DNA from: the human T2T-CHM13v2.0 reference genome, Homo sapiens
Reading direction: 5' to 3' (one strand)
Assembly (NCBI RefSeq): GCF_009914755.1
Contig: NC_060937.1
DNA length: 64,000 nt
In this document: positions 27,258-38,759 of the stretch, piece by piece
Layout of the letters: every line of letters starts with the position of its first letter
Position numbering within the stretch: the first letter of the stretch is position 1
The notes under the pieces: model-generated
The model's database searches: none
What the model saw: the letters and a program-made list of their open reading frames with translations, nothing else
What the model was told of the DNA's origin: nothing
Made by a program: the position numbers and the translations under genes

Positions 27258-28914
27258 TATTTACAATCTGGTAGGAGTCTTTTGAGCTCTTATAAAATCC
27301 CCAACATTTTACTGATACGAAACACAGATAAAGTGTTCCTTACTAAATTCATAAACCAGTTAGTTATATGGCTAAGACAAGCAGCTGATTTTCTCCATTC
27401 TAGTGGATTCACAACACGTCTCACTGATTTTTTCCTAAATTTTTCTCCCTTAGATAAACCTATTGATGTAGGTGATGTCACCAGTGTTATTAGAGCATAT
27501 CACTGTGTTGTATCTGCCCTACTGAACTGGTATCCAAAAGTACACTATGATTCAGCAAATAGAAGTGGAACATTTCATTGCTTATTTCATGAAAACATTG
27601 TCATAAATTGCATTTTATTTCTAAAAATAATGGATGCCATTGAAACTATTTTCAGTGGAATTTTACTTTCAGACTTAGAAATATTTCACTTGCAAAAGGA
27701 CTGTGCCTACCATAGAAAGGTATCAATGGTGAAATATTGTAATACTGGTAAGTAAATGGAATCTCTAACTGAACTGTAGATTGTTGCAATGCCTATCATG
27801 AGTTGACCATTCAACTTCAATTGTGGTTGAAATAGCTCTTTTTTGTTTGCTTGTTTTTGTTTTTTATTCAAGTTGATATCAAAAATAATAAGAGAGATTA
27901 CATGATTGAACCAAAATGTTCCACGCCCAGGCTCTTGTACATACTGTCGTCTGGGTGTTGCTAGCACTGTGTTGTCATTAATTTCAAGGTTACACTTGGA
28001 GTGCATAGAATAACCACAGGAAAATTTCTCCATGTGGAAGCCACTTTACTTGTTGCTTTGGAAAAGGACTTGATATCCATAACAGCCATCCAATGCTAAA
28101 AGAGTGATAAGGAATGTAGTCATTCTTTAGTACATTGGCCACAGAATGACACCCTAAAAATGCAAAGAGCTTCGCCTATGCCTAACTCTATAAACAATGT
28201 CTAACATGATTAGAATTCATTTACTTATAAAACATCCACACATCCAATTTTTCACAAACTTCCACAGGCAAATAATATTATGCCATCCCTGTTTCACCCC
28301 ACCTTTCCCATTATTTGAGTGATTAACTTTTAAAAATGAAACCATATGAAGAAGTTTTGTTTAAATAACAACAAAGTCACAGATTACACAGATGTCTGAC
28401 TTATAAGAAAAAGAATGCATAAAAACAGTGAAAATTATGGGTGCCTTTGGCCTCCAAATTCATTTATCACATTACAACAAGCAATGATGTTCTCTGCTAC
28501 CCAGAAAAAAATGGAGGCCTTGGATGACCCTCTAAATCTGTGTTCAGTGTTCCAGAAATTTCCAGGACTCCACTACAGAAAGAGTACCCAGCAATTCCCT
28601 TCATTTCTCATCTCAAAACTGATCTCTCCTCTTGGCTGTCACTGTCAGTTCAGGTTGTTGCCTGATGCATGCCTTTGAGGGGCTGTGTGACTCATGGTGA
28701 GTTTGCCTTACTTTACTCCCCACTTCAAGGGGCAGATGCCAAAATAAACTCTGTACCGTCACAGGGAGAAGCTGCTTCCATTCACTGGAAATGGAAATCT
28801 TCATCTAGTTTTTACTTCCTTTAATTCTTATGCTGTTATTAACAGAGTCCTCTGATAACCTCCCTGGCCTGTTCTCCACCGTGTCTCTATACTTCTTGTA
28901 TCAAACTTTTGTTT

Positions 28915-29050
28915 CACTTTCATTGATTTATTCAACAAATATTCAAAATAGTACTATGTGCCAGATACTTCTCTAGATGCTTCAAAAACATACAACAGGA
29001 GAACGCACTCCTTGTCCAAGAAATTCACAAATTTTGGGGATCTACAATTT
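28915..29050 (-). mobile_element. L2 3' end fragment
   Basis: TTCATTGATTTATTCAACAAATATT…TACTATGTGCCAGATACT. Confidence 0.55.
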
Positions 29051-29174
29051 CAATAATGACATTCTAACACAGGAGAAAGAAGTCACTCTTTGATAGAACT
29101 CTCTACACAGTTATCTCTAAAGTCATTCATTACTCTTAGAAGATGCAATTATTTGCTACAATATAGATTGATGG

Positions 29175-29420
29175 TCTGGTATAGTGAAGAGTGATGGAAA
29201 TAAAATTAGGCCACCCCAGTTCAAATCTTATCTGCCATTTTCTGGCTATGTGACTTCACAGGTCTCAGTTAAGTGGTTATTCCCTAAGCATGAGTGTCCT
29301 TAACTGTGAAATTGTTATAACAATGACCTACTCACAGGGTCATGTGAAGACCACTTGAAATAATTTATGGAAATTGCAGCACAGCTTCTGGTCCTTAGTA
29401 GGCACTCAATAAATGTTGTT
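29175..29420 (+). mobile_element. MIR SINE
   Basis: GTTCAAATC…GGCTATGTGACTT…CTGTGAAATTG…ACCTACTCACAGGG…TAGTAGGCACTCAATAAATG. Confidence 0.75.
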
Positions 29421-29479
29421 TTAGTCAAATGAATTACAATAAAAATACGTTAGATGCCAACCATGTAATAACTCCTTAA

Positions 29480-30370
29480 CTGTCTGAAATAATTTAAGAC
29501 TTAGAGAAAAGTTGTAAAGCAATACAAGTTCTCTCATAGCCTTTGCTCTGATTCCTCAGATTATTTTATATATAGTATTCTCATATAAACAATATATCAA
29601 AAATAAAATCTCTACATTTTAAAAGTAATTATCAGACATAACATTCCTTCACTCCTACAGACTGTAGCATTTCTCAAGAACAGTAACATTCACTTACACA
29701 ACCAGAGTAGAATTATCAAAATTAGAAACATTGATACAGTATTATAACATAATCTATAGACTTACTCATTTCATCAGTTGTTCCACTAATGTCCTTCATA
29801 GCAAAAGAAAACAAAATGTTTTCTAGCCCCAAATTTAATTTAGGCCCACACACTCCATTTGCAAGTTATGTTTCTTTAGTTCCTTCAGTCTAGAAAAATT
29901 TCCCTACCTTTCTTTGTCTTTCTCAACCTTGACATTTGAAGAATACAGGTCTGCATTTTGTAGACTGTTTCTCAATTTTGGTTTGTCCATTTTTTTCTCA
30001 TGTTTACATCAGTTTATGCCCTCTTGGCAAAGCAATACAAGAGTGATATTGCGTCCTTCTCAATGCATCATATTAGGAGACATATGAAGTCAATTTGTCC
30101 CACTAATAATGATATTAACTTTGACCACTAGATTAAGGTAGTGTGTGAATAATCTCCACTATAGAATTATTCAGTTTCCTTTTATAACCAATAAACATCT
30201 GTGAGGAGATATTTTAAGACTAAGTAAATACTCTGTTGCTCACTATATTTTTGTCCACTAGTCCCACCATGCAATGATTTTACCTAAAACAGTTATTGCT
30301 ATGGAAATTGCCAAATGATGATTTCTAATCACTTCTACATTTATTAGACATAATCATATAATAACATTTA
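29480..30370 (-). mobile_element. Old L1 (L1MC-like) 3' UTR
   Basis: TGAAATAATTTAAGACTTAGAGAAAAGTTG…ATTTCTCAAGAAC…TTGTTCCACTAATGTCC…TAATAATGATATTAACTTTGACCACTAGATTAAGGT, the reverse of an L1MC 3' end. Confidence 0.75.
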
Positions 30371-31289
30371 CTGTTAATTATGAACAAACTAATATTCCTT
30401 TGATTCATCTAACAACCAATGTTAAGAGAAACAACCCATTTAGGCATCAGAGGAAAATGTTTTTTATCTGTTAAATATGCCTTTTATCAAGCTATGTTAT
30501 CATCATAAAAACAGTATCTGTTTAAAATGTATTTTTAGAACTGCATTAAAACTTCACAAAGAACACTAAATCCTCACAAAAATGACTGTCTCTGATAGGG
30601 AACAGGAGAATAGAACACACTAAGAACAAAATTAGCCAAATAACATTGTCTGAGTGACCCTGAGAAGTAAGAGAATGGTGTCTAAATATATTTATTTACT
30701 AACACACCCTGTGCTTCTATTTTTCTTTTTTTTTTTAAGTCATCTTGTTTCTGAAGGAATCTATGGGCCTATCTTCACTGTGAAGATCAAAAGAAAACTA
30801 AAAAAAAATCACTATATATTAGTGAAAGTAGATTTGTTATTGGTTAAGGGTAAAGAATCCAGAGAAAAACTCCTTATCACTAGAAAATATGTGAAGAAAT
30901 ATCTTCGAAGGTGCTTTTCTATATGCTTGGAAGTTCAGATTTTTTTTAAATTTTGAATTTATACTCTTCTTTCTTAAGGTTCATATATTTTGGCTTTTAT
31001 AATACTACTTTACTCCTAATTCCCAATACTAATTTTCTGAACAGTACAATGGAGCACCAAATGAGTAATAAGAACATTTGAAAATTCTACTATTTTATGA
31101 TATTAGGTAGTTTATATACTTCTTTGTTGTAGAGCAACATTTTACTGAATAAAATAATAGTGAAAAGTCTTAATTACATATTAATTGTTGATAAATTAAA
31201 TTTTCAGCTTTTAAACATTTATAGTAAAACAAACTAATTGGTCCTGCTCGATGGCATTTTGCTGTCTATATAGATTAGAGATGATTTGG

Positions 31290-31480
31290 ATAAATAGATG
31301 GAGTAAAGCACTGGTACCTAATAGTCAGGAGACCAGTGTCCAGATGGAGCTCAATACTAATTAGTTATGTGATCTTGTGTGAGTAACATAACCATCACTC
31401 ACCATGGTTATTTATCTGTAAAATGAGAAAGTTGGATCATGTGATCTTTTATGGTTACTTTAAGACTTAAAATTCTATTT
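31290..31480 (+). mobile_element. MIR3-like SINE
   Basis: AGTCAGGAGACC…TAGTTATGTGATCTTG…ATCTGTAAAATGAGAAAGTTGGA…AAAATTCTAT. Confidence 0.65.
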
Positions 31481-32800
31481 ATTGTAAAGAAAAAGTGTTT
31501 TGATTCTTATTATATTTCTGAAATTCTGATTATAGTTCCACTTAGCACATTATATCCAAATGATGTGTAACTCTAGCCTAGCCCCTTCTCAGAGTACCAT
31601 TTAGTCATAATCAAAAAATGAAATTTCCCTGACTCAAATTATCAACATCCAAATCATAATATTTTACTACACATAGCCTGCATGTATTTCCTTTATGTTA
31701 GTAAACATTTGCATTACTCAACTAAATTTTTCTCTTTTTTATTATCCCCAAACTGCCTTCTTATTATAATTTGGCTTCCATAATAATTTGCTTTCACAGG
31801 CACTGCACAGACATTCTAATCTGCCTGATAATTTTCACAATATCAATAAGATGCATTCCGGTGAATATTTTATCCTTATGTGAGTTTGGTTAATATGAAA
31901 CAACTCCTTCATGTTCTGATTTCGCTACAAAACTAACAAAAATCAAGTTTCTGAACCACTGGATCAGCAAAGCTATCATCCCGGGCCCTGGTAAATTCAC
32001 CAAGACGCTGAGGTCTGATAATAGAGAGTCAGCAGACCTTGCCCTGGTGATAACTCCACTTCACCATCAGTTTCTCTTGGAATGTATTACTTCCTGAGTT
32101 CTGCATTGGACATTTCTGCAGGCTTCAAGCCAAATATCGGGGCTATTCAGGTAGAAAGGGCTCTAGTAATTTTGGACCAAATTCTTAGAGGTTTACTTGA
32201 TAGAAAAATACTGTTAGATATGAGCTGCCAATCAAAAAATTCAACCTTTTCCATTTGAATATTAAGAAAATGTGAGCAAGATATAATCATAAAGGCAAAC
32301 ACTCAAAGTGATGATTCTAGGGACCAGGATATTAAAGTGAATGATGGAATGACTCAAACTCAAATCATTAAATTATATCGAATATTTAGTTCTTAGTTTT
32401 ATCTAATAACTTATATGTCTAACACCAAATTCAGGCAGCTCACTAGGTGCACAAAGCCTAAAGACAAACTATTTTACTGCAAAGTGTGGATTTTTTCCAT
32501 TTAGAGAAACCATACATCTAATTCTCAGTCACCCCTGCCAAAATGAGCAGGCATCCGCATCCTGGACCAAACTTTTTCTGCCATGCTACTTTCATTACCT
32601 GCTTAGAGTACACTCTAAAATTTGTACAGATGTATCTAGGTAATAACCATCACTTATCTCATAGCCAGGTCATTGTCACGCATTGCTGAAGGGTCTAGGG
32701 ATGTGTTAATAGGTCAAGCCATTTTAAAGACACCTTCTACAGTCATCTTTTGATATGGATATAACTCTCACCTAGGTCCAGCCATATTTGTTCCTTCTGC

Positions 32801-33065
32801 TTTGTTTGTTTTTTAAGACAGAGTCTCCTTCTGTCGCCCAGGCTGGAGTGCAGTGGCATGATCACAGCTGACTGCAGCCTTGACCTCCCAGGCTCAAGCA
32901 ATCCTCACACTTCAGGCTCTGGAGTAGCTACTACTACAGGCACATGCCACCACAGCTGGGCTAAATTTTGTATTTTTTGTAGAGACAGGGTTTCACCATA
33001 TTGCCCAGGCTGGTCTTGAACTCCTGGGCTCAAGTGATCTGCCTGCCTTGGCCTCCCAAAGTGCT
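32801..33065 (-). mobile_element. Alu SINE (AluJb-like), slightly 5'-truncated
   Basis: Reverse dimer ending at CCTCCCAAAGTGCT; J-type features. Confidence 0.92.
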
Positions 33066-33191
33066 CTTTCTGTTTTTCATCACTTACTTCTCAGGATGCC
33101 TTCAGTCTCCTATATGAAAGCTCTGCTTCTATTTTTAAAATAGTACACATATAGATATCTTCCAAATATATGCCTTTGCACCGTAACACAT

Positions 33192-33227
33192 GATAGATAG
33201 ATGGATGGAGAGATAGATAGATAGATA
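33192..33227. repeat. Imperfect (GATA)n tetranucleotide repeat
   Basis: GATAGATAGATGGATGGAGAGATAGATAGATAGATA. Confidence 0.8.
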
Positions 33228-33514
33228 TCTTCTTATGCATTTTATCTATTTTGTTCTCTCTCCTAAGCACTTTTGTCTCCCCCAAATAGGTTAAAGCAAC
33301 TATCCACTATCACAACCTAAGTCCTAGGGATTCTTGTCCTAAAATTAATAGCTCAATATTCTAAAAGGCATAAATCATAGAACTTTCTTACCAATCTAAA
33401 AGATAACCTAGTGGAGCTTTGGGCTTTGAATTTTTTTCCAACTCCTTTTCTCCTGATTTCTGCACTCTATTTCTTGTTGCCGCCAATACCATGATCGAGA
33501 ACAGACGTTTGCAG

Positions 33515-33695
33515 TATTATCTCATGTGATATTACCAACAAGCATACCAGGTAGTGAACATTATCCATATTTTATATGCAAAGATGCTGAAGATGAAAGA
33601 AGAATGGTAGCTGTCCAATGCATCACAGCTCATCAGCAGTAGATTCTGGTCTGCCTGACTCAAATGTCCATGCCTTTCCTACTATAAAAGACTGT
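33515..33695 (-). mobile_element. MIR SINE
   Basis: TATTATCTCATGTGAT…ATTATCCATATTTTATATG…TCACAGCT…GGTCTGCCTGACTC…TCCATGC. Confidence 0.65.
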
Positions 33696-35093
33696 CTCGC
33701 AATGAGAGTGTCACCTGTATGCTTTAAATCTATCTGTGGTATCTAATAAAAAGTAGATCAGAGTCAATATGGTCCTAAAATTTGACTTTGTCAGTTTCAG
33801 TTTTTAATTATTTTAAATACTACATTATAAGCAAATAATAATTACATGGGTGTGTGTATGAGTGTATTTGTGTGTAAAAAAAACAAGCTCTAGATGGGCT
33901 TATTTAGGATGTCTTTTAAAATTATTATGGATTTAACATTTGTAAGCATTGTCATAGAAGAGGTTTGACTGGGTGTAGCTGAATTTATTACATGCCAATC
34001 AAATTAGTGCAGTACACAAGTAACTTTGTGCTTCAGGATGGCTCTGGGAATCTCCGTTTGATTTGGGTATTGCCATTTACCCATGCCTGGAAGGAAAGAA
34101 TGATGGCTGAGGTGATTGTGGGTAGACAATGACCCCATTAATCATTGTGCTATAGATATGAGTTGTTCCTTGCAGTGACTCATTACATACTGCATCAAAT
34201 AATAAACACCGACAGCTAGCTAGGAGTGAGGGAAGACTGACAGATGGTCAATAAATTCAGAACTGGCATATTTTTGTAAATTGATTGTAGGTTTGAAGGC
34301 TTGCAGTGCTTTTCACTACAACCTTAAATCATCAAAGTTGTCTTCCAGATTAAGCAATTAAAATTTAAATATGAAAGTTCTAATGATTCGAGAATGAGAT
34401 ATTGCCTATTCTCTCATGCCACTGAAATTTGCTCAATTATTTTTACCAGAAAAAAAAATCATCTTTAGAGTTTATGAGGAAAAAGTGTAGTGGCTAAACT
34501 GCAGATACTTTTCTTTGAATGCCATGAAATATCTATGTAAAATTTTTAGAAATCATCACAAAATTGTGAAACATTTTTCCTGAAAGTTATGATTATTTCT
34601 AATATAAACAGGTAATATTAAAAGGAAAATAAATGCAAAGCTTGAATAATGCGCGGTACTTTATAAAATATATTTCACAAGTCTAAATATTCTGCCATGT
34701 AAGATGTAGTTACCATGGTTGATATAGTTCCCTCTTCCTATAACATCCAAAATTGCATGAGTCTTATTTTAGTGGTTTGGGGAGATTTATAAAGAGCATG
34801 CCAATTCCAAAGCCTAGGGCAGTACAATAAAGGCAACAAACTTGTCTTCTGTGTTGAGACAGCCTGCACCAGTTACTGGGCTTTGATAGCCTTTTCTCCA
34901 CAAAGCATAGATTACAAAAGAAATCTGTTCTCAAAGAAGATAAGAAAATGCTCATTTCATTCAATGAATTAGTTGCAAGCTTATGTTTAATATCAACATT
35001 ATAAATAAATACCCCATACATACCTTTCTCTTCCCATGGTGTTATATGCTGGATCTCTTCTGTTTGTCCTTCCTAATGTACTCTGCTTCCTCA

Positions 35094-35893
35094 ATTATGG
35101 GTTTGTGTCCTGCAAAAAGGTATGTTTAAATCCAAACCCCCAGTAACTGTGAGTGTGACCTTATTTGGAAATAGGGTCTTTGCAGATGTAATCAAGTTTA
35201 AGATGAGGTCATACTGGATTTGAGTGAGCCCTAGTGCATATGATTGGGGTCCTTATAAAAGAAAAGAAAAGACACAGACACACGGGGGTAAAACACTGTG
35301 AGAAGACAGAGCCAGATGTCTAAGCAGCAGCTGCAAAGCAAGGACCATCGAAGATCACTGCAAACCATCAGAATCTAAGAAGAGGTGAGGAAGGATTCTC
35401 TTCTCTAGGCTTCAGAGGAAATATAGTCCTGTTGAAACCCTGATTTCAAGCTTCTAACCTACAGAACCCTAAGACAGCAGTCCCTAACCTTTTTGGCACC
35501 AGGGACTGGTTCCGTGGAAGACAATTTTTTCATGAACTGCGGGGTTGTGGGGATGGTTTCAGGATGAAACTGCTTCACCTCAGGTCATCAGGCACTAGCT
35601 TCTCATAAGGAGCGTGCAACCTAGATTCCTCGCTTGCACAGTTCACCATAGGGTTCATGCTTTTATGGAAATCTAATGGCCAGCTGATCTGACAGGAGGT
35701 GGAGCTCAGGTGGTAATGCTTGCTCACCCACTACTCACCTCCTGACGTGCAGCCCAGTTCCTAACCAGCCACAGACCCCTACAGGTCCATAGTCCAAGGG
35801 GTGGAAAATGCTGCCCTAAGACAATAAATTCCTGTTGTTTTAAGCCACCTGTTTTGTAGTACTTTGTTACAGCAGCCCTAACAAATGGATACA
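35094..35893 (+). mobile_element. MLT1C-like MaLR solo LTR (interrupted by MER1B)
   Basis: GTGACCTTATTTGGAAATAGGGTCTTTGCAGATGTAAT…GATGAGGTCATACTGGA…AATAAATTCCTGTTGTTTTAAGCCACC…GCAGCCCTAACAAATGGATACA. Confidence 0.85.
35475..35813 (+). mobile_element. MER1B hAT-Charlie DNA transposon
   Basis: CAGCAGTCCCTAACCTTTTTGGCACCAGGGAC… 339 bp; perfect 8-bp TSD CCCTAAGA (35467-35474, 35814-35821), a hAT hallmark. Confidence 0.9.
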
Positions 35894-36188
35894 CTGTTCA
35901 TTCTGCCCAGGAAGATCGCCCACAGAGACAGCAACAGTGAGTCTCCTCTCACATCTGGTTCAGGTAGGTCAAAATAAAGCTCTGGAAGGAATGCAAGGAC
36001 AGTGGAAGATTAAGGCCACTAAGTATTCTGTCAGTTCCCTCCTGCTAAGTTGCTTTAACTTGTTTGTTCCTCTCCCAACAGCTACAGCTCCAGTCCCTCT
36101 CCATAAAGCTGCCCTCTGGAGTCTGGTAACTGCTTTGTCTCCTTCCCCGCTCAGACCTGGATGGTAGTGGCTCCCAAGTGTCATCATC

Positions 36189-36725
36189 TGTATTAATTAT
36201 CAATTGCAGCATAACCAATTAACATGAATTTAGTGGCTTAAACCAACACACATTAATTATCTCAAAGTTTCTATGGGTCAGGAATCAGGCATGGTTTAGC
36301 TGTATCCTCTGACTCTGGGTGTCCCAGCAGAAGCAATCAAGGTATTGGCCAGGGCTGGTGCTCATCTGAAAGCTCCACTAAGGAAGGATTTAGTTCAAAT
36401 TCATTGTTGCTGTATTTATTTCCTTTTGGATTGTAGGACTGAGGGGCTCAGTTCCTTTCTGGCTATTGACCAGAGGGTATCCTCAATCCCTTGCCGTGTA
36501 GTACTCTCCAGCATGGCAACTTGCTGCCTCAAAGCCAGCGAGGGCAAGTGTCTGCTAGCAAGACATAAGTCAGAGTCTTTTGTAATTTAATCTTAGAAGT
36601 GGCGTACCCTCAAAGTTGAGATATTCTGTTGGTTGTATACAACTTAATCAAGGGGAGGAGATTACATGAGGCAGTGAATAGCACAAGATCAGGATCATTG
36701 GGGTCATCTTGAAAGCTGCCTACCA
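36189..36725 (-). mobile_element. MLT1F/G-like MaLR solo LTR
   Basis: TTAGTGGCTTAAACCAACAC…GGGTCAGGAATC…TTGTAGGACTGAGG…AGCATGGCAACTTGC…GGATCATTGGGGTCATCTT…CTGCCTACCA. Confidence 0.8.
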
Positions 36726-36763
36726 TCCCGTGTCTTGTTAGAGAACTTAAATTCTGCCCACAC

Positions 36764-36831
36764 CTTAGTAAATAGCCCCCTATTTAAGTGTGCCATCAAA
36801 TAGGGGGCTATTTACTAAGCCCCCTATTTGA
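36764..36831. repeat. Perfect 22-bp inverted repeat (12-nt loop) plus a third partial copy
   Basis: CTTAGTAAATAGCCCCCTATTT (36764-36785) and AAATAGGGGGCTATTTACTAAG (36798-36819); AGCCCCCTATTTGA recurs at 36818-36831. Confidence 0.95.
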
Positions 36832-37114
36832 GGATGATAAATTCAATTTAATCAGTCTTCTTTCTATTCACTCTGATGAATTACTGTTCACTCTGAATAA
36901 TGTGCTGGTTTCCAAGATTCACCAAAACTAAAGAAAGCTATCAGTACTGAACATTCTCAGCATATTCAGTCATCCAGGCCAACATGGTCTATAAATGTAA
37001 CAATTTGCCTAAGTCATGAAATAAAACATTTTTTTCTAAAATAATTTACATTTATACCTGATTAGATCAAATGAGAATTAGTTCATGAGAAATTGTGTAG
37101 GATATCAAGGGTCT

Positions 37115-37648
37115 TGTGATGGTTAATATTGAGTGTAGACTTGATTGGATTGAAGGATGCAAACTATTTTTGGGGGGTATGTCTATAAGGGTGTTGCCAA
37201 AGGAGATTAACATTTGAGTCACTGGATTGGGAGAGGCAGACCCACCCTCAGTCTAGGTGGGCACCGTCTAATCAACTGCTGGCATAAAATCAGGCAAGGA
37301 AAGAACAGACTTGGCTGAGTCTTCTGGCCTCCATCTTTCTCCTGTGCTGGATGCTTCCTGCCCTCGAACATCAGACTCCAAGTTCTTCAGCTTTTGGACT
37401 CTTGGACTCACATCAGCGATTTGCCAGTGGTTCTTGCACCTTTGGCCACAGATGGAAGGCTGTACTATCAGCTTCCCTACTTTTGGGGTTTTGGGACTTG
37501 GACTGGCTTCCTTGCTGCTCAGCATGCAGACGGCCTATTGTGGGACTTCACCTTGTGATCTTGTGAGTCAATACTCCTTAATAAACTTCCCTTCACATAT
37601 TCATCTATCCAATTAGTTATTTCCCCTTAGAAAACCCAGACTAATACA
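37115..37648 (+). mobile_element. MLT2A (MLT2A2-like) HERV-L solo LTR
   Basis: TGTGATGGTTAATATTGAGTGT…CTTGATTGGATTGAAGGATGCAAA…GAAAACCCAGACTAATACA; AATAAA near the 3' end; 5-bp TSD GGTCT/GGCCT. Confidence 0.92.
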
Positions 37649-38169
37649 GGCCTATACAATTGTGTGGTAGATTTAGCAATAGTATGACTAGAACAAGTGA
37701 AAATGCTGTAATCAAGAAAACTATTAAACATTATCATGGAGAAAAGACAGAAGTCAAAGGTTCTGACTTCTTTTGGGGTTGGAGTGGCAACACAAAATAT
37801 CATGGCCAAGAGATAAACAAAGACAATAAACGAGTAGATGATTCAAGAAAAGAGGAGATGAGAATGACTGGAGAAGCCTGCGAGTCTGCAGGACAGGACT
37901 ATCAGAATGATAGGGAAAGAAGCTCGTGTGCCTTTGGGACAAGTGTATGCCCACTGTGTTAAAGACTCTTGCACAGACATTTAAGCCCTATGCAGGAGAC
38001 ACAAGTATATTAGTGACTCTCTTTATAAGAAGACAAGTAAAGGGTGGTTTGATTTTTCTCTCTTTTTAAAAAATTTCTTAAGTAATACATTACAAATACA
38101 GTTTCAAGGAAAGAACACCAAGCCAGAAGCAGAATTGAGAATACAGTTCCTTCTAGCTCCAACATAAAT

Positions 38170-38340
38170 GTCAAGGTCCCACGTGATTCAAAGCAATTCA
38201 CTTAATATTTTAATTTCCTCATCTAGAAAACAGAATAACATCTACCTTGCCTACATCACAAGAAGGTTGTGAAGATCAAATAAGACAATGAATACTAAAG
38301 TACTTTGAAAAGTAAAAAGCATTAAATAAATATTATTAAA
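38170..38340 (+). mobile_element. MIR SINE fragment
   Basis: TTTCCTCATCTAGAAAACAGAATAACATCTACCTTGCCTAC…GGTTGTGAAGATCAAATAAGA. Confidence 0.65.
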
Positions 38341-38759
38341 AATATTTTTCAAAACTCAATCATGTAGCATACATTTATGACACTTATAGGTCTCAGAAAA
38401 GCATCTTTTAATAGGCTTTCCTAACTGTTGCCATTAAAATTTCAAAAGCCTAAAATTTTCTTTACTTTGCTCATGATTGGGGTACTTTAGTAACTATTGA
38501 ACTAAAACATATAATATATAAAAATATATCAACTTAATGGCACTAGAAATTTTTTTCTAAGATATGATCCAGTGATTTCTGTCAGTTTGATATTGTAAAA
38601 AATGAGGACAATATTTTCTAATATTTCCTGACATCGTTTCCTTCTCAGTAAATACATCCCTGGAAATGCTATCTTGAAAGGAGAAAATATGACACAGAAA
38701 ATATTCCTGAAGATAAAAAAAAAAAAAATAGGAGTTTTTGCAAGGGTAGAGGGCAAAAG

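Larger units (their letters stand above)
35046..36785 (+). mobile_element. LTR33 (ERVL) solo LTR split into three pieces by nested insertions
   Basis: 5' piece TGCTGGATCTCTTCTGTTTG (~35046-35093); middle …CAGCTACAGCTCC…CTCTCCATAAAGCTGCCCTCTGG…GGTAACTGC (~35894-36188); 3' piece CTGCCCACACCTTAGTAAATAG (~36726-36785). All are colinear with LTR33. Confidence 0.7.

Noticed and set aside
27282-27755. 157-aa + strand ORF, the longest ORF in apparently repeat-free sequence apart from the 160-aa one at 55847-56329
   Set aside because: It starts at TTG, has no recognisable domain or exon structure, and its composition mirrors AT-rich non-coding DNA; most likely chance.
27923-27958. Small hairpin ACGCCCAGGC…GTCTGGGTGT
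   Set aside because: A 10-bp stem with two G-U pairs is expected by chance in 64 kb.
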